Source: a virus
IMG/VR virus record: IMGVR_UViG_3300025634_000001
Span: 1-64,000 of that record
Reading direction: 5' to 3' (one strand)
Length of the DNA: 64,000 nucleotides
Notes under the pieces: generated by a model
What the model saw: the letters and a program-made list of their open reading frames with translations, nothing else
What the model was told of the DNA's origin: nothing
Databases searched by the model: none
Shown: positions 26,558 through 35,436 of the stretch, piece after piece
Layout of the letters: every line of letters starts with the position of its first letter
Numbering within the stretch: position 1 is the first letter of the stretch
Program-made: the position numbers and the translations under genes

Positions 26558-27715
26558 ATGATCTCTAGTGAAGGGCACGATTACCGCATGCCTTCCATCA
26601 AGCACCTGTCCGCAGGTGCCCTCAAGCGGGCCGATGGCCTGGCCGGCGTCGTCCGCGAGAACCCGCTTCTGGCGGGAGTCGCCGGCATCGGCTTCTCGGT
26701 CTCCTTCCAGACTGTCGCCCACATCGCCTGGCAGCAGGGAATGCCCGGGCCGCCGGTGCTGTACCCGGTCGGCATCGACATCGGCATCCTCGCGCTCATC
26801 ACCGAGGCCCTGCACCTGATCCGCGAGGGCCGCAGCGACTTCGTGCCCCGCCTCCTGGCCTGGCTGCTGACCGGCTTCACGATCTACGTCAACGTCCACG
26901 GCTCCCCGGCCGGCGACTGGCTTGGCGGCAGCCTGCACGTCGTCATGCCCGCCCTGTGGGTGGTCTGCCTCGAGCTGGTCCGCCACCGCCGTGTCGCCGC
27001 GGGCCGGGCTGACTCCATCCCGGCCGGCCGGTGGGTCGCGTCCCCGTTGCCGACGCTGAGGCTGTGGCTGCGGATGAAGCGCGACGGGATCACGTCCTAT
27101 CCGCTGGCGCTGGAGCTGGACCACGCGCGGCTGTTCGCCCGTGACCTGATCCGCGCCGCGCCGAAGCAGTACCGGCCGCGCCGCTCGTCGCTGATCTGCA
27201 AGCGGGTCCGCACGGGCAGGCTGCAGGAAGACGTCCGTAAGGCGGTCGCCGCCACCATCGGCAACGACTGGGCGCCAGGCTGGGAATCCGCCGTCGCCGG
27301 CTGGATCACCGATGCCCTGGGCCTGTCTTCGCGCATGGCGGCAAGCCTGGAGAACGCCAACCGGGAGATTGCCCTGAAGGCGGCTCAGGTCACGGCTCAG
27401 GCTGAGGCTGAAGCCATCGCGCAGGCACCCGCCGCGCCTGCCCCCGAGACAGTTTCAGGCCAGCCCTCCGGTCAGCCTCCGGTCACCGCTCAGGCCACGC
27501 CCAGGGTCAGGACGGCACGCAAGCCCAAGGCGGCACAGCGGATCATCCCGAAGGCTGACCTGGAGCAGCAGGTGCGGGCGCTGTTCGACGCCGACCATGA
27601 CGTGACGATCGCCTACGCAGCCGCCAAGCTCGGCCGCGGGCGGGACACCATCAGGCCGATCCTGCAGGAGCTCCGGCGGAACGCCAACGTCGTGCAGATG
27701 GAACGGAGGGCCTGA
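26558..27715 (+). CDS. DUF2637-like membrane protein with C-terminal HTH (spreading protein)
   Basis: GFSVSF, YPVGIDIGI, TIYVNV, DSIPAGRW..SP..TLRLW.RM; C-terminal TIAYAAAKLGRGR. Confidence 0.75.
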   Translation: MISSEGHDYRMPSIKHLSAGALKRADGLAGVVRENPLLAGVAGIGFSVSFQTVAHIAWQQGMPGPPVLYPVGIDIGILALITEALHLIREGRSDFVPRLLAWLLTGFTIYVNVHGSPAGDWLGGSLHVVMPALWVVCLELVRHRRVAAGRADSIPAGRWVASPLPTLRLWLRMKRDGITSYPLALELDHARLFARDLIRAAPKQYRPRRSSLICKRVRTGRLQEDVRKAVAATIGNDWAPGWESAVAGWITDALGLSSRMAASLENANREIALKAAQVTAQAEAEAIAQAPAAPAPETVSGQPSGQPPVTAQATPRVRTARKPKAAQRIIPKADLEQQVRALFDADHDVTIAYAAAKLGRGRDTIRPILQELRRNANVVQMERRA

Positions 27716-27716
27716 C

Positions 27717-28433
27717 GTGCTCGGCCACACTCACGCAGCGAGCGGCCTGGTCACTGGCCTAGCGCTCGGTTCCCTCGTCCTGCATGAGCACCCGGCGCCC
27801 TTGCTGCTGCTGACCGGGCTCACAGCCGCGTACGCCCTCGCGCCCGACCTGGACTCTTGCGGTGGCACTGAGGCCCGCAGCTTCGGCTTCATCACCTGGT
27901 GCCTGGCCTGGTTTGTGCGCAAGGTCAGCGGAGGGCACCGGCACGGCAGTCACTCCCTGCTAGGCGTCGCCGCGTTCACTGGCTTCGCGTGGCTAGCCTG
28001 CCTAGCCCGCCACACCTGGCCCGGCCGCGTCATGCTGTTCGTGATCCTGGCTGTCGGCCTGGCCTCTGCCGTGGATGCGCTCACCCCCCGCGCCGCCCAC
28101 ACGGGCAACGTCCTGGCTCTCGCTGGCGCCGCGGCGATGTGCTGGACCGGCTACGGCCTCGCGCTCGTCCCCCTCGCTGCTGCGCTCGGATGCGCAACCC
28201 ACCTGGCCGGAGACAGCCTGACCCGCTGCGGCGTGCCCTTGCTCTGGCCGGCGACCATGCGCGAGTTCCACGTCCTGCCGCACCCGCTGCGCTTCACCAC
28301 CGGCAAGCTCGCCGAGCACGTGATCGTGACTCCGCTGCTGATCGCCGCTCTCGCCGTCCTCGCCTGGCACGACGCCGGGGCATTCGCCATCACCCACGTC
28401 CACGCAACCCTGACCGCAAGGAGCGCCCCGTGA
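27717..28433 (+). CDS. membrane-bound metal-dependent hydrolase (YdjM-like)
   Basis: GHTH, PDLD, GHRHGSHS, THLAGDSLT..GVPLLWP. Confidence 0.85.
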   Translation: MLGHTHAASGLVTGLALGSLVLHEHPAPLLLLTGLTAAYALAPDLDSCGGTEARSFGFITWCLAWFVRKVSGGHRHGSHSLLGVAAFTGFAWLACLARHTWPGRVMLFVILAVGLASAVDALTPRAAHTGNVLALAGAAAMCWTGYGLALVPLAAALGCATHLAGDSLTRCGVPLLWPATMREFHVLPHPLRFTTGKLAEHVIVTPLLIAALAVLAWHDAGAFAITHVHATLTARSAP

Positions 28434-28909
28434 GCGCCACGACCGTGACCAAAGGACGCTGGTACCCGTCACCCGTCCCGGCCCTCGACGGCGAGACCGA
28501 CGACGCCTACACCGTCCGGCTCACCGGAGCGGACGGGACCGGCCGCCGCCCCTACGATCATCCCCGGAACCGCCAGTGCTCGATCGGCTGGCACATGGAA
28601 TGCAGCGGCCGGCGCGGGGCCTCCGGGTGCGAGTGCCCGTGCCACACCGACACCGCGCCCGGCGCGGAGCACCTGCCCCCGGTACTGAAGGCCGGCGCGG
28701 TGAAGCTCGCCAGCCTCTACGACCTCCCCGACGCGACCGGCCTGAAGGTGATGGCCATCGCGTCCCACGCCGCCCAGGGCGGTGCCAGCGCGCCGCCGGA
28801 TGCCCTCGCGGCCGGCCTGGAGGCCGCCTACGGGTGTGCGCAGTCGGACAGCTTCCTCACCGATGTCGCGGGCGTCTACCACGATGCGGCCACGGGGACG
28901 CTCCAGTGA
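28430..28909 (+). CDS. hypothetical protein
   Basis: CSIGWH.EC...CECPCH; AAGGAG RBS. Confidence 0.6.
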   Translation: MSATTVTKGRWYPSPVPALDGETDDAYTVRLTGADGTGRRPYDHPRNRQCSIGWHMECSGRRGASGCECPCHTDTAPGAEHLPPVLKAGAVKLASLYDLPDATGLKVMAIASHAAQGGASAPPDALAAGLEAAYGCAQSDSFLTDVAGVYHDAATGTLQ

Positions 28910-29184
28910 CCTCCCCGCCCCTTGAGTCCGAAGCCCAGGCCCGGACCCTTCCCGCCGTCGAGGCCGCCTATGCAGCCGCGGACCGCGACCGCCGCCGCGG
29001 CGTCCTGGGCGAGCAGAACCACCGCCTGCTGTGCGCTGCCCTGTCCTCCGCCGGGGTGGAGCTCGGCCACTACGACCACCGCAAGGTCATGTGGGTCGCG
29101 AGCTGGGAGCCTGAGCTGGCCGGGACGATAGCAAGGTGGATCGGGGAAGCGGCACGCGGACGGGAAGATGACGGGCATGGCTGA
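28906..29184 (+). CDS. hypothetical protein
   Basis: AGVELGHYDHR...WVASWE; coupled. Confidence 0.6.
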   Translation: MTSPPLESEAQARTLPAVEAAYAAADRDRRRGVLGEQNHRLLCAALSSAGVELGHYDHRKVMWVASWEPELAGTIARWIGEAARGREDDGHG

Positions 29185-29374
29185 GATCCTGACGCCCCGC
29201 TGCCCTCTATGTGACCGGCCGCCCAAGATGACGTTCGGCGTGCAATCGTTCTGCGGGAACGACGCCTGCACCATTCTCTGCTGGGATTCCGCGCTCAGCC
29301 TCGACGACAACCTGATGGATGCGGGCGTGATCGAGCTCCCGCCGATGGACGGCGGCAGCGATGACGCTCGATGA
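29177..29374 (+). CDS. small zinc-finger protein
   Basis: CPLC...FCGNDAC. Confidence 0.55.
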   Translation: MAEILTPRCPLCDRPPKMTFGVQSFCGNDACTILCWDSALSLDDNLMDAGVIELPPMDGGSDDAR

Positions 29375-29528
29375 CGAGGCGACCGCCATCCGCCTGCTCG
29401 AGGAAGCCCTGCATCTCCGCCAGAACGGGGAGCGCGCACCGGGCGGCAACGAAACCTGGCGCGACTGGGATAAACGAGCTGACCGGTTCATGCACGAGCG
29501 CCTGGACCGGCTGCATCCCGGCGCCTGA
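29361..29528 (+). CDS. small hypothetical protein
   Basis: LLEEALHLRQNGERAPGGNETWRDWD. Confidence 0.6.
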   Translation: MTLDDEATAIRLLEEALHLRQNGERAPGGNETWRDWDKRADRFMHERLDRLHPGA

Positions 29529-29651
29529 CCCCCGCACTCCGGTGTTCACACCACCCGCACCGGTAGCCGATCATTACCGCATGAGCACCGAGACCCCGTG
29601 CCCAGGTGGCGCGCTTGCTGTAGCTCCTAGCATTCCTATAGGATCTATAGC

Positions 29652-29909
29652 ATGGATGAAATCGGAATCGAACGGGCACGGAACCTGCTCGGCGAGATCC
29701 TTGACAAGGCGCGGTTCACTGACGAGCCAACCGCGATCACCCGTCAGGGCAAGCCTGCTGCCGTCGTGGTCAGCGCCAAGTGGTACGACGCCACTCTTGA
29801 CTACATTGACTGCACCGTGCGCCTCGCTGACTACGAGGTCATCCACCTCGACGGCGATCCGCGCAACAACGACCCGACCAACCTGGAGCTACGCGAGCGG
29901 CCTGCCTGA
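29652..29909 (+). CDS. Phd/YefM-like antitoxin domain with a C-terminal HNH-like fragment
   Basis: IGIERARNLLGEILD...ITRQGKPAAVVV; HLDGDPRNNDPTNLE; TAGGAT-N7-ATG. Confidence 0.75.
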   Translation: MDEIGIERARNLLGEILDKARFTDEPTAITRQGKPAAVVVSAKWYDATLDYIDCTVRLADYEVIHLDGDPRNNDPTNLELRERPA

Positions 29910-30600
29910 GCGCACATGCAGCGAGGACGACTGCGAACGACCGTCCCATGCGCGAGGACTGTGCGGAACGCATCATCAGCTGCGGCGCAAGGCCGAACTC
30001 AAGGAGTCGGGCCTTACGTGCGTCATGGACGACTGCGGCAAGCCGGTTCACAACCTGAAGCGGCGACTATGCGAGGGACACTACGGGCGGTACCTCAAGC
30101 ACGGCGACCCGTCGATCACCAGGCGGCCAGATCTCGGCAAGTCCCTCGCGGAGCGCTTCTGGGAGAAGGTCGACAAGAACGGCCCGGTCCCGCCGTACCG
30201 GCCGGAACTCGGCCCGTGCTGGATCTGGACTGCTGGACTTGTTAACGGCTATGGCCAGTTCATCATCATGCGCGGTGACCGGGGTCGGCCGATAGGTGCC
30301 CACCGTCAGGCGTGGCTACTCACGCGAGGCGAGATCCCTGATGACCTGGATCTTGATCACCTCTGCCGGGTGCACGCCTGCTGCAATCCGGACCATCTGG
30401 AGCCGGTCACCAACGAAGAGAACAACCGGCGCGGGATCAGCCCGTCTGCGATCAACGGACGCAAGACCTACTGTGACTACGATCATGAGTTCACCCCGGA
30501 GAACACCTACAGGCCCCCGAGGCGTCCGCACACACGCCAGTGCCGTAAGTGCGCGCGTCGCCGCGAACAGGAGCGCCGGCAAAGGCGGAAAGCGGCATGA
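29902..30600 (+). CDS. HNH endonuclease with zinc-binding repeats
   Basis: ERFWEKVDK, CWIWT, GYG.F, AHR, LDHLCR..CCNPDHLEPVT..EN, C..HEFTPENT; start uncertain (CTG 29902 or ATG 30025). Confidence 0.85.
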   Translation: MPERTCSEDDCERPSHARGLCGTHHQLRRKAELKESGLTCVMDDCGKPVHNLKRRLCEGHYGRYLKHGDPSITRRPDLGKSLAERFWEKVDKNGPVPPYRPELGPCWIWTAGLVNGYGQFIIMRGDRGRPIGAHRQAWLLTRGEIPDDLDLDHLCRVHACCNPDHLEPVTNEENNRRGISPSAINGRKTYCDYDHEFTPENTYRPPRRPHTRQCRKCARRREQERRQRRKAA

Positions 30601-31316
30601 GTAGCGATGACGTTTGCCCAGGTCAATGCAACCGCAGGTACCGGGAAACCCGCCAGGAGTACCGGCAGGCCCTCGCCGACTACGACCCGCTGGACGCTTC
30701 CCAGTCCCGGCCCGAACCTCCCGAGATCCAGCCGTGGCTAGGCGATCCGGTCTGGTGCGGCCCGTGCGCTTCCCGTGTCCGCCTCCGCCTCGCCGAGCTC
30801 GACGACCTCATCGCCCTGCACAAGGCGACCGCCGACGGCCAGAAGCAGTCCGACGCCGCCGAGCGTGTCTCCGGCTCGTCCGCCGACCCCCGGTCCCCGT
30901 CACAGGCGGGCGATGACGAGGACGAGGCCGCGGCGATGCTCACCGGGTGGGAGGGCACCTACCGGGACCTGAGGAAGTGGGGATCCCCGGCGCCGCGCGG
31001 CGACCTCGCCAGCGTGACGACCTCGTGCATCGCGTGGCTGCTGCACCACTTCGAGGGCATCATGCGCTCGCCGATCGCCGAGGACTTCGGGCTGGAAATC
31101 CTGCAGTGGCACCGGGAGATCACCGGCAGCACCAAGGCGGGAGTACGCACGGTCCGCAAGCCGCTGCGCTGCCCGTCATGCCAGTACCTGACCCTGATGT
31201 GGACTGAAGGCGAGCAGCAGGTGACATGCGCTAATCCCTCTTGTAACCGCATCCTGTCGCTGGCCGAGTATGACGCGGAGGTCGACGCGCTGGCGAAAGG
31301 CCTGCGTGTGGCGTGA
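30597..31316 (+). CDS. zinc-binding phage protein, possible late-gene regulator
   Basis: CPGQCN, CGPC, CPSC...CANPSC; just upstream of a promoter/terminator pair. Confidence 0.6.
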   Translation: MSSDDVCPGQCNRRYRETRQEYRQALADYDPLDASQSRPEPPEIQPWLGDPVWCGPCASRVRLRLAELDDLIALHKATADGQKQSDAAERVSGSSADPRSPSQAGDDEDEAAAMLTGWEGTYRDLRKWGSPAPRGDLASVTTSCIAWLLHHFEGIMRSPIAEDFGLEILQWHREITGSTKAGVRTVRKPLRCPSCQYLTLMWTEGEQQVTCANPSCNRILSLAEYDAEVDALAKGLRVA

Positions 31317-31387
31317 GACACGCGGGCCGGAAGTGGACAGGGTTAGTAAACACGTTTAGTCTGATGCCACGGCAGTCATGCCCTGAA

Positions 31388-31416
31388 GCCCCTGGGATTC
31401 CCGGGGGCGTTTTTTC
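31388..31416 (+). terminator. intrinsic terminator at the head of the late region
   Basis: GCCCCTGGGA/TCCCGGGGGC stem followed by GTTTTTT. Confidence 0.7.
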
Positions 31417-31438
31417 ATGTCCAGGGGAGGCCGCCGGA

Positions 31439-31693
31439 ATGCCCGATCTTGACCTGAATGCGCTCCTGACGGCCAAGGAAGCGGCGCAGTACGCGGGCAA
31501 GTCCGTCGCCGTGATCTGCAACTGGCGCAATCGCGGTCACCTTCCGGTGGCCACCGACGCGCAGGGTAATGAGATCCGCGATGACCGCGGCCGGCCTCGC
31601 TACCGCCTCCTTGATGTGGCCAAGGCGGAGAACGCGACGCGGCAGCGCGGCGAGCAGATGGCGCGGGGAATCCTGCAACGCCAGGCGGCCTGA
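31439..31693 (+). CDS. HTH DNA-binding protein
   Basis: LLTAKEAAQYAGKS...ICNWRNRGHL...GRPRYRLLDV; GGGGAGG RBS. Confidence 0.75.
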   Translation: MPDLDLNALLTAKEAAQYAGKSVAVICNWRNRGHLPVATDAQGNEIRDDRGRPRYRLLDVAKAENATRQRGEQMARGILQRQAA

Positions 31694-31947
31694 GCGACCG
31701 ACCCGGAATGGTAGGATAACAGCAGGTCAATCGGCCTTTCGCCCTGCTGAAATCCTTCCCGATCGGTGCCGTGTTCCATGCTGTCCGCGCTCGCCCGCAT
31801 ACCCCCTTCGAGTCTCATCCTCGCCGCCTCGATCGCCGGCATGTCCGGCTTCGTCTTGCTAGCCGAGTTCTGGCCGCGCAGGAAACGGGACGACAGCGAT
31901 GGCACTGGTGAGCTTCCCTTGCCCGCCTGACCCGAACGGGAGGCGTC

Positions 31948-32187
31948 ATGGCCGCACAGTGGATCGGCGACGGCAGCGAGATCCCCGCGACGCCGCTGAA
32001 CCCCGCACCCGTCCTCCCGTACCGCGAATGGCGGATCGGCCGGTATGAGTTCCGCTGGACCCGCAGCCGTGGCCGCTGGACGGTCCAGACCGCGGAGGGC
32101 ACCGGGATGATGTGCGGCGCGGCCGGCTACCGGACCCCTGTCGCCGCGTTCTTCGCTACGTGGCGCACCCTCCGGAGGCAAGCGTGA
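31948..32187 (+). CDS. hypothetical protein
   Basis: GGGAGG RBS. Confidence 0.55.
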   Translation: MAAQWIGDGSEIPATPLNPAPVLPYREWRIGRYEFRWTRSRGRWTVQTAEGTGMMCGAAGYRTPVAAFFATWRTLRRQA

Positions 32188-32281
32188 AAATCTGCGCTGC
32201 ATGCCGCGAGCCCTGGCCGTCTGAGTGCATCTGCGACGACGACGAACCGGACGCCCCCCAGGACGACAGCGAGGACGCGGC

Positions 32282-32479
32282 ATGACCATCATCACCGCAG
32301 CTGAAGCCCGGCCCGGAGACGTCCTCCTGGACGAGTCCGAGAAGGTGTGGCAGCGGGGCTCCGAGCTGTACTTCTGGGCGACGTTCGACGGCCCTGTCGG
32401 CTTCTACGGCCCGTGGGATCCCTCGTACGGACCTCAGGGACCGCTGTTCCTCCTGGTCCGCGGCGGGAGGCGGGTGTGA
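32282..32479 (+). CDS. hypothetical protein
   Basis: MTIITAAEARPGDVLLD... Confidence 0.55.
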   Translation: MTIITAAEARPGDVLLDESEKVWQRGSELYFWATFDGPVGFYGPWDPSYGPQGPLFLLVRGGRRV

Positions 32480-32742
32480 GCGACAGCCTGCCCACCGCCT
32501 ACTGCGCGACCGGCCGCAAGGACGCCTCCGCCCTGCTCCTGGTCCTCAAGGACGAGCCGGTAGCCGGCGTCATCGAGTCCGCGCTGATCGAGGGCCCGGA
32601 CGTGATCCTCGTCAGCCCGCAGGCGGACCTGTCCGGACCCGTGAAGCTCGAGCCCGTCCCGCGGTCGCGGCTTGAGGCTATGGCCCGGCTGCGGCACTGG
32701 CCGGTACCGCCGTCGCCGCTCGTGCTGACCGCCGTCATCTAG
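32476..32742 (+). CDS. hypothetical protein
   Basis: Coupled; GGGAGG RBS. Confidence 0.55.
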   Translation: MSDSLPTAYCATGRKDASALLLVLKDEPVAGVIESALIEGPDVILVSPQADLSGPVKLEPVPRSRLEAMARLRHWPVPPSPLVLTAVI

Positions 32743-32751
32743 GCTCACGTC

Positions 32752-32913
32752 ATGCCCGACCCTGCTGCCGACCCCATCGCATCCGAGGACTCCGCTTACG
32801 TCACCATCGTGGCCGAGTTCGAGGGCTACCGCCGTGCTGGAGCGGGACTGTTCGGGGCTGCTGTCCTGACGTGGGCTAAGCACCTGCTGGCCGGCACGTC
32901 CGGGGAGTCATAG
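32752..32913 (+). CDS. small leaderless hypothetical protein
   Basis: TAGGCT-N6-ATG. Confidence 0.45.
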   Translation: MPDPAADPIASEDSAYVTIVAEFEGYRRAGAGLFGAAVLTWAKHLLAGTSGES

Positions 32914-32937
32914 CCGTATACCTGTATGCTTAAACGT

Positions 32938-33291
32938 ATGGCCAGACCCAAGAGCCCGGACGGCAAGCGCGTCCCGATGTCCACCCGGTTCAGCGAACCC
33001 GAAGCCGCCGCCATCGACGCGGCGCGCGGCAACACGGATCGCTCGGTATGGCTTCGCGAGGTAGCGCTTGCCGCCGCCCGCTCTTCGGGTCGCAAGCCGC
33101 TGCCGACCGACGTCATCACCATCACCGCGGACGACCGGATGCCTCCCGGCACTGCCGCTCTCGTCAGCCGGGGCAAGGTCACCGCGTTCAACATCGGCGC
33201 CACCCCTGAGCCTGCCCGCAAGTCCGCCGCCTGCCCCCACCGTCTCCCTGTCGGTGCCTACTGCAAGACATGCGGGCGGACCAAGACCTGA
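32938..33291 (+). CDS. ribbon-helix-helix-like protein with C-terminal Cys/His cluster
   Basis: MARPK...STRFSE.E.AAIDAARG..RSVWLRE; TATGCT-N7-ATG. Confidence 0.65.
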   Translation: MARPKSPDGKRVPMSTRFSEPEAAAIDAARGNTDRSVWLREVALAAARSSGRKPLPTDVITITADDRMPPGTAALVSRGKVTAFNIGATPEPARKSAACPHRLPVGAYCKTCGRTKT

Positions 33292-33306
33292 CGTGCGGGA
33301 GGCTGC

Positions 33307-33840
33307 GTGCCTGTCGAACGGCTCGGCGAGCGTGACGTCCAGATCTCAGCGCTGACCTTCTTCCCCGGCAACGCCCGTCGCGGCAACCTCGCCGAGATCC
33401 GCAAGTCCGTCCGCCGCCTCGGCCAGTACCGCTCGGTAGCCGTCCGCGACACAGGCGACGCCCTCGTCATCCTCGCTGGCAACCACACCGTCCAGGCGAT
33501 GCAGGCCGAGGGCTTCGAGACGGTGCACTGCGGTGTCATCCGCTGCACCGACGACGAGGCCCGGCGGGTGGCGGTAGCGGACAACAAGATGGCGGAACTG
33601 GGCGGCTACGACGACGACGCCCTCGCCGAACTGCTGTCGTACCTGGATGACGACTACGACGGCAGCGGCTGGACCGAATCGGAAGTCGAGCGGCTGATCA
33701 ATCCCGAGCTGCCGGACGGGTTCCGCGAGTTCGACGAGGACGACGCCGGCGATGCGCCGCTGTCCATCCCGCTGATCGTGCCGTGCCCCAACTGCGGGCA
33801 TGTCTTCGACGCCAAGGCCGTCACTGCCCGCGATGACTGA
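33307..33840 (+). CDS. ParB-like nuclease domain protein
   Basis: PGNARRGN, LGQYR, ILAGNHT, ADNK, C-terminal CPNCGHVF. Confidence 0.8.
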   Translation: MPVERLGERDVQISALTFFPGNARRGNLAEIRKSVRRLGQYRSVAVRDTGDALVILAGNHTVQAMQAEGFETVHCGVIRCTDDEARRVAVADNKMAELGGYDDDALAELLSYLDDDYDGSGWTESEVERLINPELPDGFREFDEDDAGDAPLSIPLIVPCPNCGHVFDAKAVTARDD

Positions 33841-34909
33841 CTACCCGGCCACGCTCCGCGCCGCATGGCGGGACCACCTCGCACCGCGTGCCCCAGATGC
33901 ACCGACCGTCATATCGACGTTCGCTGGCTGTGGCGGCTCATCCCTCGGCTGGTCGATGGCCGGGTACCGGGAGCTGCTCGCCGTCGAATGGGATGATCAC
34001 GCGGCCGAGGTGTTCAGGCTCAACTTCCCGGACGTGCCGCTGCATCATGGCGACATCGCTCACGTGGATCCCAGCCGGCTCGGACTGGAGCCCGGCGAGC
34101 TTGACGTGCTTGACGGTTCGCCGCCATGCCAGGGATTCTCCCAACTCGGCCGCCGCCAACTCGATGATCCCCGCAACCAGCTATTCCGTCAGTTCATCCG
34201 GCTGCTCAGCGCATGGCAGCCGAGGGCCTTCGTGATGGAAAATGTCGCCGGCCTCGTAGAGGGTCCCATGCTGCCGCTATTCGCGGAGATGATGACCGAA
34301 CTGAAGGCGGCAGGCTACCGGGCCGCCGCCCGGCTGGTCGATGCCTCATACATCGGAGTGCCACAGCGGCGCAGGCGGCTGATCTTCACCGGAGTACGCG
34401 CCGATCTCGCGCTAGACCCGGTGCATCCTGTACCCAGCATGCGGCCGGTCACTGTGCGCCAAGCATGGGCGCGCCTTGATGATCCCGGCCTTTTCGATGT
34501 GCCAACCGGGAAGGGTATGGCGGTCGCCCGACTGACCAAACCGGGCGGACAGGGCTCCGATGCGCTCTATGCGCGAGGCGGGAAGCGCTCCCATTGGGGA
34601 TGCAAGCGCCTCGCCTGGGATCGGTCATCCAACACGATCAGCAAGGAGACCCGCGCCGGCGCGGGTGCCGGATTCCTGCACCCCTCCGAAGATCGGTTCT
34701 GCGGCGTGCGCGAACTAGCCCGGCTCCAGTCCTTCCCCGATGAGTTCGACTGGGGCGACGGCACCTACAAGCAGATCCACGCCCGCATCGGCAACAGCGT
34801 CCCGCCGCTGATGATGCGGGCGGTCGCTACCGAGATCCGAGACAAGATCCTGCATTCCGCGCGTGTCCTGGAGGACGGCACCACCGAGCCCGTCTCGTTC
34901 GCCAGCTAG
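33833..34909 (+). CDS. DNA (cytosine-5) methyltransferase
   Basis: FAGCGG, GSPPCQGFS, MENV, QRRRR, RLQSFPD, IGNSVPP. Confidence 0.95.
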   Translation: MTDYPATLRAAWRDHLAPRAPDAPTVISTFAGCGGSSLGWSMAGYRELLAVEWDDHAAEVFRLNFPDVPLHHGDIAHVDPSRLGLEPGELDVLDGSPPCQGFSQLGRRQLDDPRNQLFRQFIRLLSAWQPRAFVMENVAGLVEGPMLPLFAEMMTELKAAGYRAAARLVDASYIGVPQRRRRLIFTGVRADLALDPVHPVPSMRPVTVRQAWARLDDPGLFDVPTGKGMAVARLTKPGGQGSDALYARGGKRSHWGCKRLAWDRSSNTISKETRAGAGAGFLHPSEDRFCGVRELARLQSFPDEFDWGDGTYKQIHARIGNSVPPLMMRAVATEIRDKILHSARVLEDGTTEPVSFAS

Positions 34910-34956
34910 CCCGATTCACTGAATCCCAAGCAACCCTGAACTGCGGGAGGTGACCG

Positions 34957-35436
34957 ATGGCCCGTAAGCGGTCCCTCGCCACCCGCGAGTCAGACGCCCG
35001 CGCCCTGGAGTTCCGCCGCCGCGGCCTGTCCTATGAGCAGATCTCCGCCCAGATGGAATGGCGTTCCCCGTCCGCCGCCCACCAGGCCGTGCAGCGTGCC
35101 CTCGCCGACAGTGCCCGCGAGGCCGGCGAGGAAGTCCGCCAGATCGAAGCGGCAAGGCTGGACGAGCTCACCCGGACCCTGATGCGGGTGCTCGCCACCA
35201 AGCACTATGTCGTCTCGGTCGCCTCGGGAGTCGTCGCACGCCACCCCGAGACCGGGCAGCTGCTCCAGGACGACGCGCCGGTCATCCATGCTATCGCCGG
35301 GCTCGTGCGCATCAGCGAGCGGCGGTCGAAGCTCCTCGGCCTTGACGCACCGAAGCAGGTTGAGGTCCGCACAATTGACGCCATCGACTCCCGCCTCATC
35401 GAGCTTGCGGACCAGATGGCAGCAGTGGACGCCTGA
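34957..35436 (+). CDS. terS: terminase small subunit
   Basis: N-terminal HTH, ERRSKLLGLDAP; immediately upstream of TerL. Confidence 0.75.
   Translation: MARKRSLATRESDARALEFRRRGLSYEQISAQMEWRSPSAAHQAVQRALADSAREAGEEVRQIEAARLDELTRTLMRVLATKHYVVSVASGVVARHPETGQLLQDDAPVIHAIAGLVRISERRSKLLGLDAPKQVEVRTIDAIDSRLIELADQMAAVDA

Noticed and set aside
24314-27124. 936-aa minus-strand ORF
   Set aside because: Antisense shadow of the FtsK and DUF2637 genes caused by GC3 bias; no motifs.
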